Source: Acidobacteriota bacterium (lineage in GTDB: Bacteria; Acidobacteriota; UBA890; WLXD01). From it: 64,000 nucleotides of DNA. Position 1 is the first letter of the stretch; every line of letters starts with the position of its first letter. The notes under the pieces were generated by a model. The model had not been told where the DNA came from and did no database searches. It saw only the letters and a list, made by a program, of their open reading frames with translations. Below are positions 18,801 to 30,146 of the stretch, in pieces. The DNA is taken from NCBI GenBank assembly GCA_965248695.1, contig CBDFKD010000002.1:5376001-5440000 (forward strand), written 5' to 3'. Both the position numbers and the translations under genes were made by a program.

Positions 18801-20222
18801 TCAGTGCGCTTCGCCCACGGCGCGGCCGTAGAGGCTATGCGCTGCGTGTGCGGTGATCTCCACATCGACCAATCGGCCGATGAGCCCCTGATCTCCAGGT
18901 ATGTTGACGATGTGATTCGAGGGGGTTCGCCCCGAGACGTCTTCCTCGGTTCGTTTGCTGATCGAGTCGACCAGAACCTCGACGCGCCGCCCGATCCAGG
19001 CGGCGTTGTGACGCTTCTGAATCTGGCGCCCGACCTCCTGGAGCTCGAGAAGTCGTTCGCGCTTGACCGCCGCGGGCACGTCGTCCTCATAGTTGAGCGC
19101 CGCTGTTTCCGGGCGCTGCGAATACTCGAACGAGTAGAACGAGTCGTACTCGACACTCCGAACCAGGCCGAGGGTGTCGCTGAAGTCGGTCTCCGTCTCG
19201 CCGGGAAAGCCGACGATCAGGTCGGTCGACAAGCCGACATCCGGTACCTGATCACGCAGCGCCTCGATCTGTCGCCGGTACGTATCGGTCGTGTAGTGCC
19301 GGTTCATCTGAAACAGGATCCGGTCGGAACCGGATTGCACCGGAAGGTGGATATGGTTCGCCACCGTAGGGCACGCGGCCATCGCCTCGATAAGGCGCGG
19401 TGACAGATCTTTGGGATGGGACGTCAGGAAACGAACGCGCTCGACCCCCGGGCTCGCGCCGGTTGTCGAAGCCAGTAGGTCGTCGATCGCCACCAGGAGC
19501 GCCGGGAAACCCATCCCGTTGTCGGGGTCAACCCATGAGTTCACGTTCTGTCCCAGCAGCGTCACCTCGCGATAGCCCCGTAGTCCAAGGCCGCGAATCT
19601 CGTCGAGGATCGCGTCGCCGCTACGATAGGTTTCGAGACCTCGAGTACTCGGGACGATGCAGAACGAGCAGTAGTTGTTGCAACCCTCCATGATGGTCAC
19701 AAACGCGCGTACGCGGTCCTCGCGGCGCGCCCCCGGAGCTTCGAACTGCACCTGATCCTCGGTGTTGACCTGTGGTCCGTGCCCCGACTGAACACGGCCG
19801 AGGACACCCTCCAGGCTGTGGATGGCGCGCGTACCGATAACGAAGTCCACACTGGGCTGGCGCTCGATGATCTCTGCACCGCGCTGCTGTGCGATGCAGC
19901 CGGTGACACCGACCAGCACTTCCCGGGGCTCGCTACCGCGGCCGCCCTCACGGCGCAGAACGTCCTTCATCTGTCGCAACCTGCCGAGCTGTGAGAACAG
20001 CTTGTCCTCGGCGCGCTCGCGTACGGAGCAGGTGTTTACCAGCACGACGTCGGCGTCCGACGCGTGCTCGGCGGCCTCGTATCCCATGCCTGCCAGGAGA
20101 CCGGCATAGATCTCGGAATCGTGAACGTTCATCTGGCAGCCGAACGTCTTGATCCAGTAGCGCGGCTTGCGGCTGGCGCTACCGCTCGCGTCGGGCATAC
20201 ACAGGCTCTGTTGATCGGTCAT
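18801..20222 (-). CDS. miaB: tRNA methylthiotransferase MiaB
   Basis: TFGCQMN, NTCSVRE, CNNYCSFC radical-SAM motif, TRAM domain. Confidence 0.95.
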   Translation of the reverse strand: MTDQQSLCMPDASGSASRKPRYWIKTFGCQMNVHDSEIYAGLLAGMGYEAAEHASDADVVLVNTCSVRERAEDKLFSQLGRLRQMKDVLRREGGRGSEPREVLVGVTGCIAQQRGAEIIERQPSVDFVIGTRAIHSLEGVLGRVQSGHGPQVNTEDQVQFEAPGARREDRVRAFVTIMEGCNNYCSFCIVPSTRGLETYRSGDAILDEIRGLGLRGYREVTLLGQNVNSWVDPDNGMGFPALLVAIDDLLASTTGASPGVERVRFLTSHPKDLSPRLIEAMAACPTVANHIHLPVQSGSDRILFQMNRHYTTDTYRRQIEALRDQVPDVGLSTDLIVGFPGETETDFSDTLGLVRSVEYDSFYSFEYSQRPETAALNYEDDVPAAVKRERLLELQEVGRQIQKRHNAAWIGRRVEVLVDSISKRTEEDVSGRTPSNHIVNIPGDQGLIGRLVDVEITAHAAHSLYGRAVGEAH

Positions 20223-20303
20223 TGGAGAGGCTTGCCCGGAGTGTGCGGATAGATGGGATCGCTCGGCGTCCGGAACGGCGCACGGCGTTCTGCGCGAGCC
20301 GGA

Positions 20304-20954
20304 TTATAGCAGCCGCGAACCCAGGAACTGGCGCAGATCGGTCTCGCTGACAGCCCCGTGTCGGAGGATCCGGGCCGGCTCTCGGGTGATGTCGACGAGT
20401 GTAGATGGACGATTCGCCCGCGTTGGCCCGACGTCGACGGTGCCCGCCAGGCCGCCGGGCTCGAGCTGCAGAGCATCGACCGTGGTTGCCGCGGGCTCGC
20501 CCGTACGGTTGGCAGACGTACCGGACAGCCCGCCGACGCGGCCGGCGATGCGCCGCGTCACTGCCGTACCGGGCACGCGCACGGCGACCAATCCTGTGGC
20601 GCTGACCAGTGGGGGCGCGAGATCAGCGGCGGCCGGCATCAGCAGCGTCAACGGTCCAGGCCAGAATCGCGCCGCGATCTGCTCCAGCAGCGAGCTCGCA
20701 GTCGGTGCCAGTTGACGCGCGGCCACCACCGTCGGGACCAGCGCCAACAGCGGCTTCTCCGGACCGCGGCCCTTGAGGCGTTGCACGCGCTCGAGTGCGT
20801 CCGCACAGCTGATATCCGCGGCCAGCGCGTACGAGCTTCCGGTAGGCACGGCGACGATTCCACCGTCCTGAATCATCGAAACTATGGCTTCAAGCTCGCA
20901 ACCGAGGTCCGCATTCGAGCGGATGACCCAACACTGCATCTCATCTCCGGCCAC
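20304..20954 (-). CDS. tsaC: Threonylcarbamoyl-AMP synthase (Sua5/TsaC)
   Basis: K.R...KPL, FWPGPLT, TSANRTG, PSTLVD. Confidence 0.9.
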   Translation of the reverse strand: MAGDEMQCWVIRSNADLGCELEAIVSMIQDGGIVAVPTGSSYALAADISCADALERVQRLKGRGPEKPLLALVPTVVAARQLAPTASSLLEQIAARFWPGPLTLLMPAAADLAPPLVSATGLVAVRVPGTAVTRRIAGRVGGLSGTSANRTGEPAATTVDALQLEPGGLAGTVDVGPTRANRPSTLVDITREPARILRHGAVSETDLRQFLGSRLL

Positions 20955-21062
20955 TGACAGGCTCTTTCAGGTTAACCTGGGCGCTCCGGGCCGTTGGCCT
21001 GGCTCTCTCTCTCTCGCCCGTCGCGCCACGTCTCTGTTTCCCTGAGGTGCCCGAGCCGCCCG

Positions 21063-22451
21063 ATGCATGACGCCGCCTCAGGTGATCTGTTCGGTCCGCC
21101 GGACGGGCCTGCCAGTCCCGCCGAGATCGATCCCGGGGCACCGCTCGCCGAGCGCATGCGCCCACGGACCATCGAGGAGGTAGTCGGCCAGGAGCACCTG
21201 CTGGGCGATGGCAAGTTGCTGCATCAATTCGCCATCTCGGGGCGCCTGACTTCGCTGATCCTCTGGGGGCCCGCCGGCGTCGGCAAGACGACCCTGGCGC
21301 GCATCGTCGCAGTCGCCGGTGACAGCCGCCTCGTCGAGCTGTCGGCGACGACGGCAGGGGTCAAGCAGGTTCGTGAGACGGCGGAACAGGCAGCTCGGCA
21401 GCGGCGCCATTCCGGCGGCCGGACCGTCCTGTTCATCGATGAGATTCATCGCTTCCACAAGGGCCAGCAGGACGCCCTCCTCCCGTGGGTGGAGAATGGG
21501 TCGATCGTGCTCATCGGTGCTACTACCGAGAATCCCTCTTTCGAGGTGGTGCCCCCGTTGTTGTCACGATGCCGCGTCGTGCGGCTTGCGACGCTGACGA
21601 CGGACGACCTCGAGCAACTTCTCCGGCGCGCTCTCGCCACGCCCGGGCCGCGCGGTCTCGACGCATCGTCGGTCGAGTTTCCCCCGGCGCTCCTGAGCCA
21701 GATCGCCGCCCTGGCCGACGGTGACGCCCGCGCCGCGCTGACGGCGCTGGAGCTCGCCGTCGGTCTGGCTCGCCAGCGGGACCCGAAGGACGCGGTTGTG
21801 AACGGAGGCGACGTCAAGGAAGCGCTGCAGCGTCCGCACCTGCGCTACGACCGCGAAGAGCACTTCAACCAGATCTCGGCGTTACAGAAGAGCATCCGAA
21901 ACAGCGATCCCGATGCGGCCCTCTATTGGCTGGCCCGCATGCTCGAAGCAGGTGAAGCACCCCTGTACGTGGCTCGGCGGCTGGTGCGGATCGCCAGTGA
22001 AGACATCGGCCTCGCCGACCCAACGGCGCTTCCGGCCGCCGTCGCCGGCATGCAGGCGATGCACGCCATCGGCATGCCGGAGGGCGCGCTGGCGCTGGCA
22101 CAGGTGGCGATTCACCTGGCGTCGGCACCCAAGAGCAATAGCCTCGAGGCCGCATACATTGCTGTGGTGGACGAGATCCGCGCAAGCGGCAGCCTGGCCG
22201 TGCCGCTGCATCTGCGCAACGCTCCGACCCGCCTGATGAAGGAGGAAGGGTACGGTCAGGGTTATGTCTACGCGCACGACCTGGCAGATGGGGTCGCGGC
22301 GATGACCTGCCTGCCGGAAGAGATCCAGGACCGGCGCTTCTTTGTGCCCGGCGAGCGCGGGGCCGAGGTCGAGATTGCGAAACGAATGCGGGCGGCTGCC
22401 CGGGCCAATCGAACTCCCGCGAACCCGGATGCCGTCGACGACTCGGGCTAG
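21063..22451 (+). CDS. rarA: Replication-associated recombination protein A
   Basis: [38 protein letters not shown]. Confidence 0.95.
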   Translation: MHDAASGDLFGPPDGPASPAEIDPGAPLAERMRPRTIEEVVGQEHLLGDGKLLHQFAISGRLTSLILWGPAGVGKTTLARIVAVAGDSRLVELSATTAGVKQVRETAEQAARQRRHSGGRTVLFIDEIHRFHKGQQDALLPWVENGSIVLIGATTENPSFEVVPPLLSRCRVVRLATLTTDDLEQLLRRALATPGPRGLDASSVEFPPALLSQIAALADGDARAALTALELAVGLARQRDPKDAVVNGGDVKEALQRPHLRYDREEHFNQISALQKSIRNSDPDAALYWLARMLEAGEAPLYVARRLVRIASEDIGLADPTALPAAVAGMQAMHAIGMPEGALALAQVAIHLASAPKSNSLEAAYIAVVDEIRASGSLAVPLHLRNAPTRLMKEEGYGQGYVYAHDLADGVAAMTCLPEEIQDRRFFVPGERGAEVEIAKRMRAAARANRTPANPDAVDDSG

Positions 22452-24943
22452 CTGATTCCGGGTGCCCGGCGCCGCGATACCTTCTTCTTGCGGCGCGGCG
22501 CCGAGCTGGCCGCGGCCTTGCGCGGAGCCGGAGGCAACGCCATCAGCGCGTGCTCGAGAGCCTCCTCAACCCGGTCTATGAACACGAAGTCCAGCCCCTT
22601 GCGCGCCGCTTCCGGTATCTCTTCGAGATCCTTCTCGTTCTTCCTCGGCATGAGGACCCGCTTGAGCCCGGCGCGGTGCGCCGCCAGGACCTTGTTCTTG
22701 ATGCCACCCACCGGAAGCGCCAGACCACGTAGGGTGAGCTCGCCGGTCATGCCCAGGTCGCTGGCGACCCGGCGACCGGTGAACAACGAGGCCAATGCCA
22801 CCAGCATCGCGACGCCCGCCGACGGTCCGTCCTTCGGGGTGGCGCCGGCAGGAACGTGAACGTGTACGTCGTAGGTCTTGAACGTGCCGTCGGCAATACC
22901 GAGCTCGCCAGCGTGGCCACGCAGGTACGACATCGCCGCCTGGGCGGACTCCTTCATGATCTCACCGAGCTGGCCGGTGAGACGCAGCTCCCCCTTCCCC
23001 TTCATGCGAGTCGCTTCGATGAAGAGAATGTCGCCACCGCTCACGGTCCAGGCGAGGCCGACCGCAACGCCGGGAACGGCTGTCCGCTCGGCGACGTCGG
23101 AAAAGAACTTGATGGGTCCGAGGAAACCATGCAGATCGCCAACGGTGACCTCGAGAGGCTCGGCGGGAGCCGCCTCGGGGTCGTCGATACGTTCCGCAAC
23201 CAAGCGCGCGCGGGCACGGCAGATCGCCGCCACCTCGCGTTCCAGGCCGCGCACTCCGGCTTCCTCCGTATAGTCGCGCACGATCGCCGCGATGGCGCCG
23301 TCGGCGAACCCGAGTTGCTCCGGCGTCAGGCCGTGATCATCAAGCTGACGCGGTACAAGGTAACGCTGAGCGATCTCCACCTTCTCTTCGGCCGTATAGC
23401 CCGGCAACTCGAGGATCTCCATCCGATCGCGCAACACAGCGGGTATGCCCTCGGGCATGTTGCCGGTGGCGATAAACAGCACCCGCGAGAGGTCGAAGTC
23501 GACCTCCAGATAGTGATCCGAAAACGTATCGTTCTGCTCCGGATCCAGCACCTCCAGCAGAGCAGAGGACGGATCGCCGCGGAAGTCCTGGCCGACCTTG
23601 TCGATCTCGTCGAGCATGAACACCGGGTTCATCGACGCGGCGCGCTTGATTCCCTGGATCACGCGGCCAGGCATCGCACCCACATAGGTGCGCCGATGGC
23701 CGCGGATCTCCGCTTCGTCGTGCACGCCCCCGAGTGAAAGCCGCACGAACTCACGCCCGAGAGCCGCCGCGATCGAGCGACCCAACGACGTCTTGCCCAC
23801 TCCGGGGGGGCCGATGAAGCAGAGGATGGGTCCGCGCTTGTCGGGCTTGAGCTTGCGCACGGCCAGGTACTCGATAATCCGCTTCTTCACCTTTTCCAGG
23901 TCGTAGTGATCCTGGTCGAGAAGCTCTGCGGCGGTCTTCAGATCGAGATTGTCCTCGGTGTACGTGCCCCACGGCATGTCGAGAATCCACTCGAGATAGG
24001 TTCGCAACACGTGGTGCTCGGCAGCGGCCGGCGACATCCGAGCCAGCCGATCGAGCTCCTGGGTTGCTACCTTGCGAACCTCATCGGTCATGACGGCTTC
24101 GTCGATACGGCGACCGAGCCGTTCGATCTCGGCGTCGTCCTCTTCCTCCCCGAGCTCCCGCTTGATGGCTCGCAAGCGCTCTCGCAGATAGATCTCGCGC
24201 TGGCCGCGATCGATCTCGCCTTGCACCTCCGATTCGATCTTCTGGGACAGCTCGAGCACCTGGACCTGATGCGTGAGCTGCCCGAGCAACACGGTGAGCC
24301 GGTCCGCTACGGAGACCGTTTCCAGCACCCGTTGCTTGTCGTCGACACTGGTGGCGATATGAGCTGCGATGATGTCGACCATGTCACCGGAGCGAGCCGC
24401 CGCCCTCGCCAACCCCTCGAGCTCCGACGGTAGGTTGGGCGACAGCTCGATGAGCTGACGCAAGAGACGCATGGCGCTGACGCGCTTCGCCTCCATCTCG
24501 ACGGTTAGGGATCCTGGCTTCTCCGGTACCTCGAGCCATGCGGCGTGCATGTACGGATCTGTCGAGGTGACCTCGGCGAGGCGCAGGCGTTGGACGCCCT
24601 GGACGATGACGTTGAGGTTGCCGTTCGGCAGCTTCAGAACCTTCACCAGGCGCGCCAGCGTCGCCACCTCGTGCAGATCATCCGCCAGCGGCTCCTCTAT
24701 CTGGGCGTCGCGCAAAGCGGTGACCGCCACCAGCCGATCGTTGTCGAGGGTCTCCGTGACCAGCTGCTGTGAGGGCTCCCTGCCGACGAGCACCGGCATG
24801 ACGACGCCCGGAAACAACACCGACCCACGTAGCGGCAACACGGGCAGCGTCGCCGGGAACTCGATGTCTGTTTCCGCCGGGTAACCGAGCTCCTGCTGGA
24901 TCTCGGCGTCCAGATTGCTGTCGAACGGATCGGAATCAGCCAT
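22448..24943 (-). CDS. lon: ATP-dependent protease Lon
   Basis: LPVLPLR N-domain, [28 protein letters not shown]. Confidence 0.97.
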   Translation of the reverse strand: MADSDPFDSNLDAEIQQELGYPAETDIEFPATLPVLPLRGSVLFPGVVMPVLVGREPSQQLVTETLDNDRLVAVTALRDAQIEEPLADDLHEVATLARLVKVLKLPNGNLNVIVQGVQRLRLAEVTSTDPYMHAAWLEVPEKPGSLTVEMEAKRVSAMRLLRQLIELSPNLPSELEGLARAAARSGDMVDIIAAHIATSVDDKQRVLETVSVADRLTVLLGQLTHQVQVLELSQKIESEVQGEIDRGQREIYLRERLRAIKRELGEEEDDAEIERLGRRIDEAVMTDEVRKVATQELDRLARMSPAAAEHHVLRTYLEWILDMPWGTYTEDNLDLKTAAELLDQDHYDLEKVKKRIIEYLAVRKLKPDKRGPILCFIGPPGVGKTSLGRSIAAALGREFVRLSLGGVHDEAEIRGHRRTYVGAMPGRVIQGIKRAASMNPVFMLDEIDKVGQDFRGDPSSALLEVLDPEQNDTFSDHYLEVDFDLSRVLFIATGNMPEGIPAVLRDRMEILELPGYTAEEKVEIAQRYLVPRQLDDHGLTPEQLGFADGAIAAIVRDYTEEAGVRGLEREVAAICRARARLVAERIDDPEAAPAEPLEVTVGDLHGFLGPIKFFSDVAERTAVPGVAVGLAWTVSGGDILFIEATRMKGKGELRLTGQLGEIMKESAQAAMSYLRGHAGELGIADGTFKTYDVHVHVPAGATPKDGPSAGVAMLVALASLFTGRRVASDLGMTGELTLRGLALPVGGIKNKVLAAHRAGLKRVLMPRKNEKDLEEIPEAARKGLDFVFIDRVEEALEHALMALPPAPRKAAASSAPRRKKKVSRRRAPGIS

Positions 24944-25056
24944 TTCTCGTTGTTCGCTCTCTCGATTGGGCGCCGGTAGCAGCTACCCTCGCGGATATCG
25001 TACCGCGCCCCATTCGTCCGTATAGCGCAGCGCCGCTCAGCCGCACGCTGCAGAGG

Positions 25057-25980
25057 TCATTCCTTCTCTCGGCGTGGATCGTACGGGTGCTCGTCGCGCA
25101 ATTGCCGCATCACCTGCAGCATCGACTCGTCGAGGGTGGTCGGCAGGGCAATCGACACCTTGGCCATGAGATCGCCCGCCCCACCGGTAGCGCGCGGCGC
25201 GCCCCTGCCACTCACACGAAATACCTGTCCGTTTACCGTCCCGGCGGGAAGATTGATCGCAGTGGTGCCATCGAGAGTCGGAACCTTGACGTGCCCACCG
25301 AGCGCGGCCTCGTAGATCGTGACCGGTAGATCGGTGTGCAGATCGTCGCCGACGAGACGAAACTGCGGGTGGCTGGCGATGCCGACCTCGACGTACAGGT
25401 CGCCACTCCCGCCGCCATTCGAGCCGGCCGCTCCCTTGCCTCGCACGCGCACTTTGGTCCCGGGGCGCACCCCGGCGGGAATACGCACCCGCGTGCGGCA
25501 AGCCTTGCCGTTGTCCGCCCGGTAGCTGATGACGCGCTCCGCGCCGTTGATCGCGTCCTCGAGACCGAGGTCGACACGCACCTGGACATCGCGCCCGCGG
25601 GAGGGAGGTGCTTGACGAGGGCGCGGGCCACCGAAGGGGCCACTCGAGCCCAGGCCACCGAGCAGGTCCTCGATGTTGAATCCACCGACCGAGAAACCTC
25701 CGCCGCCGAAGAACTGGCCGAACTGCTCCGAGAACCCCGAAGCGTCGAAGTCACGCGCGAACGCCTCGTGACCGACCTGGTCGTATTTCTTCCGCCGCTC
25801 AGCCTCCCCGACGACATGGTAGGCCTCCGAGATCTCCTTGAACCGATCCTCGGCCTTGGCATCGCCCGGGTTGACATCGGGGTGCCACTTGCGCGCCAGT
25901 TTCCGATAGGCGCGCTTGATCTCTTCGGCGGTTGCCGTCTTCGCGACGCCGAGAACAGCGTAGTAGTCCTTGCGAGCCAT
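25057..25980 (-). CDS. dnaJ: DnaJ-class co-chaperone without zinc finger (CbpA type)
   Basis: J domain with HPD, G/F-rich linker, C-terminal domain, no CxxCxGxG. Confidence 0.92.
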   Translation of the reverse strand: MARKDYYAVLGVAKTATAEEIKRAYRKLARKWHPDVNPGDAKAEDRFKEISEAYHVVGEAERRKKYDQVGHEAFARDFDASGFSEQFGQFFGGGGFSVGGFNIEDLLGGLGSSGPFGGPRPRQAPPSRGRDVQVRVDLGLEDAINGAERVISYRADNGKACRTRVRIPAGVRPGTKVRVRGKGAAGSNGGGSGDLYVEVGIASHPQFRLVGDDLHTDLPVTIYEAALGGHVKVPTLDGTTAINLPAGTVNGQVFRVSGRGAPRATGGAGDLMAKVSIALPTTLDESMLQVMRQLRDEHPYDPRREKE

Positions 25981-26032
25981 CTAGCAAGCCGTGGTGAAAG
26001 GGCGGTGGGTCATGAGGTCAGCCCTGCCCATT

Positions 26033-28654
26033 CTAGGCCGCTGCGTCAGCGGTGACAGCGTCGGCCACCTTGCGGAACGCGAGCACGGACGTCGTCGGGT
26101 CAGCATCCACCCGCACCCGATCACCTTCGGTGTATTCGCCCGACAGGATGGCCTGCGCCAGCGGGTTCTCGACGAGTTGTCGAATGACACGCTTGAGTGG
26201 ACGAGCCCCGTACGCCGGATCATAGCCCCGCTCCGCCAGCAGCGCTTCGGCGGCGGTGGTGAACTCGATGTCGAGATTGCGCTCCGCCACCCGCATCGCC
26301 AGCTGGTCGAGCTGAATGCGCACGATCTCCCGTAGATGCGCTGCCGATAGCACCGAGAAGACGATGGTCTCGTCGACGCGGTTGACGAATTCCGGGCGGA
26401 ACGTTTGCCGGACGGCGTCCATGACAGCCGCCTCGACCCTCTCGATCCCTATCTCGTCGACCCGTTGTAGGTGTTCGCTGCCGAGATTCGAGGTCATGAT
26501 GATGACGCTGTTCGAGAAGTCGACGGTGCGTCCCTTGCCGTCAGTCAACCGACCGTCATCGAGGATCTGGAGAAGGATGTTAAAGACGTCGGCATGTGCC
26601 TTCTCGATCTCGTCGAGCAGAATGACCGAGTACGGACGACGGCGAACCGCCTCGGTCAGGAAGCCACCCTCCTCGTGCCCGACATAGCCCGGCGGCGCCC
26701 CGATCATGCGTGCTACGGTGTGGCGCTCCATGTACTCCGTCATGTCGAGTCGAATCATGGCCTCGTCGCTATCGAACATGAACTCCGCCAGTGCCTTCGC
26801 CAACTCGGTCTTGCCGACGCCGGTCGGACCGAGGAACATGAAGGATCCGTACGGACGACCGGGCTCCTGCAATCCGGCGCGGGCGCGGCGGATAGCGTCC
26901 GATACGGCGGCTACAGCCGTCTCTTGTCCGACCACGCGTCGGTGAAGACGAGCCTCCATCTCGAGTAGCTTCTCGACCTCCCCTTCGATCAGCTTGCTGA
27001 CCGGAATGCCGGTCCACCGCGACACAACGCCGGCGACGTCCTCGGCGTCGACTTCCTCCTTGAGCATCGCGTTGCCGTCGCCGTGCAGTTCCTCCAGCCG
27101 ACGATGCGACGTCTCGAGCTCCGCCTCTGCATCGCGAACGACGCCGTAGCGCAGCTCCGCGGCGCGCGCCAGATCACCGTCGCGCTCGGCGCGATCCGCC
27201 TCGGTGCGCGCCTCCTCGATCCGCCGCTTGAGCTCCTGGATGCCACGCACGTGTCGGACCTCGTCGTCCCACCGCGCCCGCAGGTCTTCGTGCTCTGCCG
27301 CCAGGACGCCGAGATCTTCCTCGAGCACGCTCAGACGTTCACGGGAAGCATCGTCGTCTTCGTTGCGCAGCGCCTCACGCTCGATCTCCATCTGGCGGCG
27401 GCGGCGTTCGATCTCGTCCAACGGGGCCGGCATGCTATCGATCTCCACGCGCAGGAGCGCTCCGGCCTCATCCATCAAATCGATCGCCTTGTCCGGCAAG
27501 AATCGGTCGCTGATATAGCGATGAGAAAGCGTCGCCGCGGCGATCAGCGCGGCGTCACGAATCCGTACGCCGTGGTGAACCTCGTAACGTTCCTTCAGAC
27601 CTCGGAGGATCGAGATGGTTTCTGCTACGCCGGGCTCTTCGACCCGCACCGGCTGGAACCGCCGCTCGAGCGCCGGGTCTTTCTCGACGTGCTTTCGGTA
27701 CTCGTTCAACGTCGTGGCACCGATCGCGTGCAGCTCTCCCCGCGCCAGGGCCGGCTTCAACATGTTGGACGCATCAACGGATCCCTCAGAGGCACCGGCT
27801 CCGACCACGGTGTGCAGCTCATCGATGAACAGGATCACATCGGCGGCCTCGGTGACCTCCCGTAGGAACGCCTTGAGCCGATCCTCGAACTCGCCGCGGT
27901 ACTTGGCCCCAGCCAGCATTGCGCCGAGATCCAGGCTAATCATGCGTCGGTCTTTCAAGGTCTCCGGGACGTCTCCGTTGACGATGCGCTGCGCCAGACC
28001 TTCGACGATGGCCGTCTTGCCCACTCCGGGCTCGCCGATCAAGACCGGGTTGTTCTTGGTCCGTCGCGACAGCACCTGCACCGCACGGCGAATCTCCTCG
28101 TCACGACCGATCACAGGGTCGAGCTTGCCGCGGCGCGCGGAGGCGGTGAGATCCACGCCGTATTGACCGATGGCGTCGTACTTATCCTCGGGGTTGGGAT
28201 CGGTGACGCGCATCGATCCCCGCACTTTCTGCAGCGCCGTGAACAGCTCGTCGCGGCCGACGCCGCGCCCGGTGAGCAGATCGGCCGCCTTGCCCCCAGA
28301 CCCGAGGAGTCCCAGTAGCAAGTGCTCTGTGGAGACGAACCGATCCTCTAGCTGATCGGCTTCGGTGTGGGCCGCCTCGAAAGCCGCGCTGGTCGTTGGC
28401 TCGAGGTACGGCTCGACGTTGCCGCCGGTCACCCGTGGGCGGAGCTCGGCCTCCTGCAGGGCGGCGTGGTGCATTGCGTCCGGATCGCTTCCGAGCCGCT
28501 GCAGGACGGTACGCACGACGCTGTCCGTCGGCTCAAGCAAAGCCACCAGCAGATGCAGGCCGGCGATCCCCTGGTGCTCCATGGACTGCGCCAGCGTTCG
28601 GGCGCGTTGCGCAGCCTCCTGCGCCTTCACGGTAAACCTGTCGAAACGAATCAT
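26033..28654 (-). CDS. clpB: Chaperone ClpB
   Basis: Two AAA+ modules ([16 protein letters not shown]), long coiled-coil M domain. Confidence 0.97.
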   Translation of the reverse strand: MIRFDRFTVKAQEAAQRARTLAQSMEHQGIAGLHLLVALLEPTDSVVRTVLQRLGSDPDAMHHAALQEAELRPRVTGGNVEPYLEPTTSAAFEAAHTEADQLEDRFVSTEHLLLGLLGSGGKAADLLTGRGVGRDELFTALQKVRGSMRVTDPNPEDKYDAIGQYGVDLTASARRGKLDPVIGRDEEIRRAVQVLSRRTKNNPVLIGEPGVGKTAIVEGLAQRIVNGDVPETLKDRRMISLDLGAMLAGAKYRGEFEDRLKAFLREVTEAADVILFIDELHTVVGAGASEGSVDASNMLKPALARGELHAIGATTLNEYRKHVEKDPALERRFQPVRVEEPGVAETISILRGLKERYEVHHGVRIRDAALIAAATLSHRYISDRFLPDKAIDLMDEAGALLRVEIDSMPAPLDEIERRRRQMEIEREALRNEDDDASRERLSVLEEDLGVLAAEHEDLRARWDDEVRHVRGIQELKRRIEEARTEADRAERDGDLARAAELRYGVVRDAEAELETSHRRLEELHGDGNAMLKEEVDAEDVAGVVSRWTGIPVSKLIEGEVEKLLEMEARLHRRVVGQETAVAAVSDAIRRARAGLQEPGRPYGSFMFLGPTGVGKTELAKALAEFMFDSDEAMIRLDMTEYMERHTVARMIGAPPGYVGHEEGGFLTEAVRRRPYSVILLDEIEKAHADVFNILLQILDDGRLTDGKGRTVDFSNSVIIMTSNLGSEHLQRVDEIGIERVEAAVMDAVRQTFRPEFVNRVDETIVFSVLSAAHLREIVRIQLDQLAMRVAERNLDIEFTTAAEALLAERGYDPAYGARPLKRVIRQLVENPLAQAILSGEYTEGDRVRVDADPTTSVLAFRKVADAVTADAAA

Positions 28655-28668
28655 GTCGAGGGTCCTCC

Positions 28669-29304
28669 TCAGCCGCGCCGATCTCGCCGCTCATGTGGCG
28701 ACGAGAAGGGCTCCCGGTTCAGATCACGCACCACCGATGCCACACGCCCGATCACCTCGATGTCGGCGCCAGCGTCGAAGCGGCCAATCAACGGCACCGC
28801 CGCTCGACGACCTCCTGCCATCTCCAGCAGAAGGACGCGGCGAGACTGGATGCCCAGCAAAAGGTCTCCTCGGCGATGCTCGGCGCCGCAGTCGACCACT
28901 AGCAGATCGCCTTGCAGGATCCCGCGGGAGACCAGCGAGTCGGCGCGCACCTGCACCGCCACCGCGTCAGGTCCTACCAGCCTGCCGTCCACATACAGCT
29001 CGCGTCCGCTACGCCGCGTGAGGCCGCCCTCAGACGGAACCTCGGCGACCACCGGAACCGCGACTGACCGGCGCCCAGCCGTCGGACGTGCGAGGCGCGC
29101 CAGTTCGATGCCGCGCGACGCGCCGGGACGGCGGCGTATGAACCCCTTGCGCTCGATCGCCTTGAGGTGATCGGAGATCCCGGCCGCCGATGTCAGGCCA
29201 AAAGCCCCGGCAATCTCCATCAGCGTTGGTGGGATGCCGTTCAGGCGCACCTGACCGACGATGAAGTCGTAGATCGCGCGCTGTCGTCGGGTGAGCGGCA
29301 TCAT
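28669..29304 (-). CDS. LexA-like repressor with degenerate S24 peptidase domain
   Basis: LT.RQ..IYDFI...PPT..EI..HL.A.E.KG.I.R....SRGI LexA DNA-binding domain; no Ala-Gly site and no catalytic Lys. Confidence 0.85.
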   Translation of the reverse strand: MMPLTRRQRAIYDFIVGQVRLNGIPPTLMEIAGAFGLTSAAGISDHLKAIERKGFIRRRPGASRGIELARLARPTAGRRSVAVPVVAEVPSEGGLTRRSGRELYVDGRLVGPDAVAVQVRADSLVSRGILQGDLLVVDCGAEHRRGDLLLGIQSRRVLLLEMAGGRRAAVPLIGRFDAGADIEVIGRVASVVRDLNREPFSSPHERRDRRG

Positions 29305-29374
29305 CTGCCCGGTCCTCGCATCGAGATTCGGCCGTAGCTAACGGCCGGTTCAGGTGGGGGCTGGAAACGAGACC

Positions 29375-29420
29375 ATTATACCGAAATAACTTACGGTATA
29401 CAAGAAATTCTTTCGGTATC
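29375..29420 (-). promoter_or_regulatory. Sigma70 promoter of the lexA-like operon with two overlapping palindromic operators
   Basis: Minus strand TTGTAT (29403-29398)-17 nt-TATAAT (29380-29375); TATACCGAAA-N4-TTACGGTATA 29377-29400 and TATACAAGAA-N4-TTTCGGTATC 29397-29420. Confidence 0.8.
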
Positions 29421-29486
29421 CCTGGCAGACCGCAAAAGCGTCGCCGATTTGTCGGAGATGGGGCTCCCGCCCTCGTGTCCCGAGCT

Positions 29487-30146
29487 CTAGATGGCGGCCG
29501 ACTGATCCTGCGGCCAGGGACATACGTCGGCCAGCACACACCCCTCGCAGTCGGGCTTGCGCGCCTTGCAGGTGTAGCGGCCATGCCAGATGTAGAGACG
29601 CGAGATGTCGCGCCAGCGGTTCTCTGGATACAGCTCCCCGAGCCGTTGCTCGATCTTCACGGGATCCGACTCGGCGGTCAGGCCCAGTCGCTGGCTAACA
29701 CGCCGGCAATGCGTATCGACCGCTATCCCCGGGAGCCCGAAGGCACCGGCGCGCACGACGTTCGCCGTCTTGCGCCCTACGCCTGGCAGCGCCGTGAGCT
29801 CTTCCATCTCGCGGGGCACTTCGCCGCCGTGCAGCTCCACCAGCATGGCGCAGCAACCCTGGACGCTCTTGGTCTTCTGACGGAAGAAGCCCGTGCTGCG
29901 CAGCTCCTCCTCGAGGTCGTCGCGCGACGCCTCCGCCAGCGACGCGGCGTCCGGGTACTTGCGGAACAGTCCCGGCGTGACTTGATTGACGCGCTTGTCC
30001 GTCGATTGCGCCGACAGAATCGTCGCAATCAGCAGCTGTAGCGGGCCGTCGAAGTCGAGCTCGACGCGCGCCTCCGGGTACCGTTGCTCGAGTCGATCCA
30101 GGATTTCCGCGGCGCGAACCTGGCTCTCTCTTCGGCGCGCCGTCAC
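29487..30146 (-). CDS. nth: Endonuclease III
   Basis: ILSAQSTD, LPGVGRKTA HhH, VDTH, C.ARKP.C..C.L...C. Confidence 0.95.
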   Translation of the reverse strand: MTARRRESQVRAAEILDRLEQRYPEARVELDFDGPLQLLIATILSAQSTDKRVNQVTPGLFRKYPDAASLAEASRDDLEEELRSTGFFRQKTKSVQGCCAMLVELHGGEVPREMEELTALPGVGRKTANVVRAGAFGLPGIAVDTHCRRVSQRLGLTAESDPVKIEQRLGELYPENRWRDISRLYIWHGRYTCKARKPDCEGCVLADVCPWPQDQSAAI

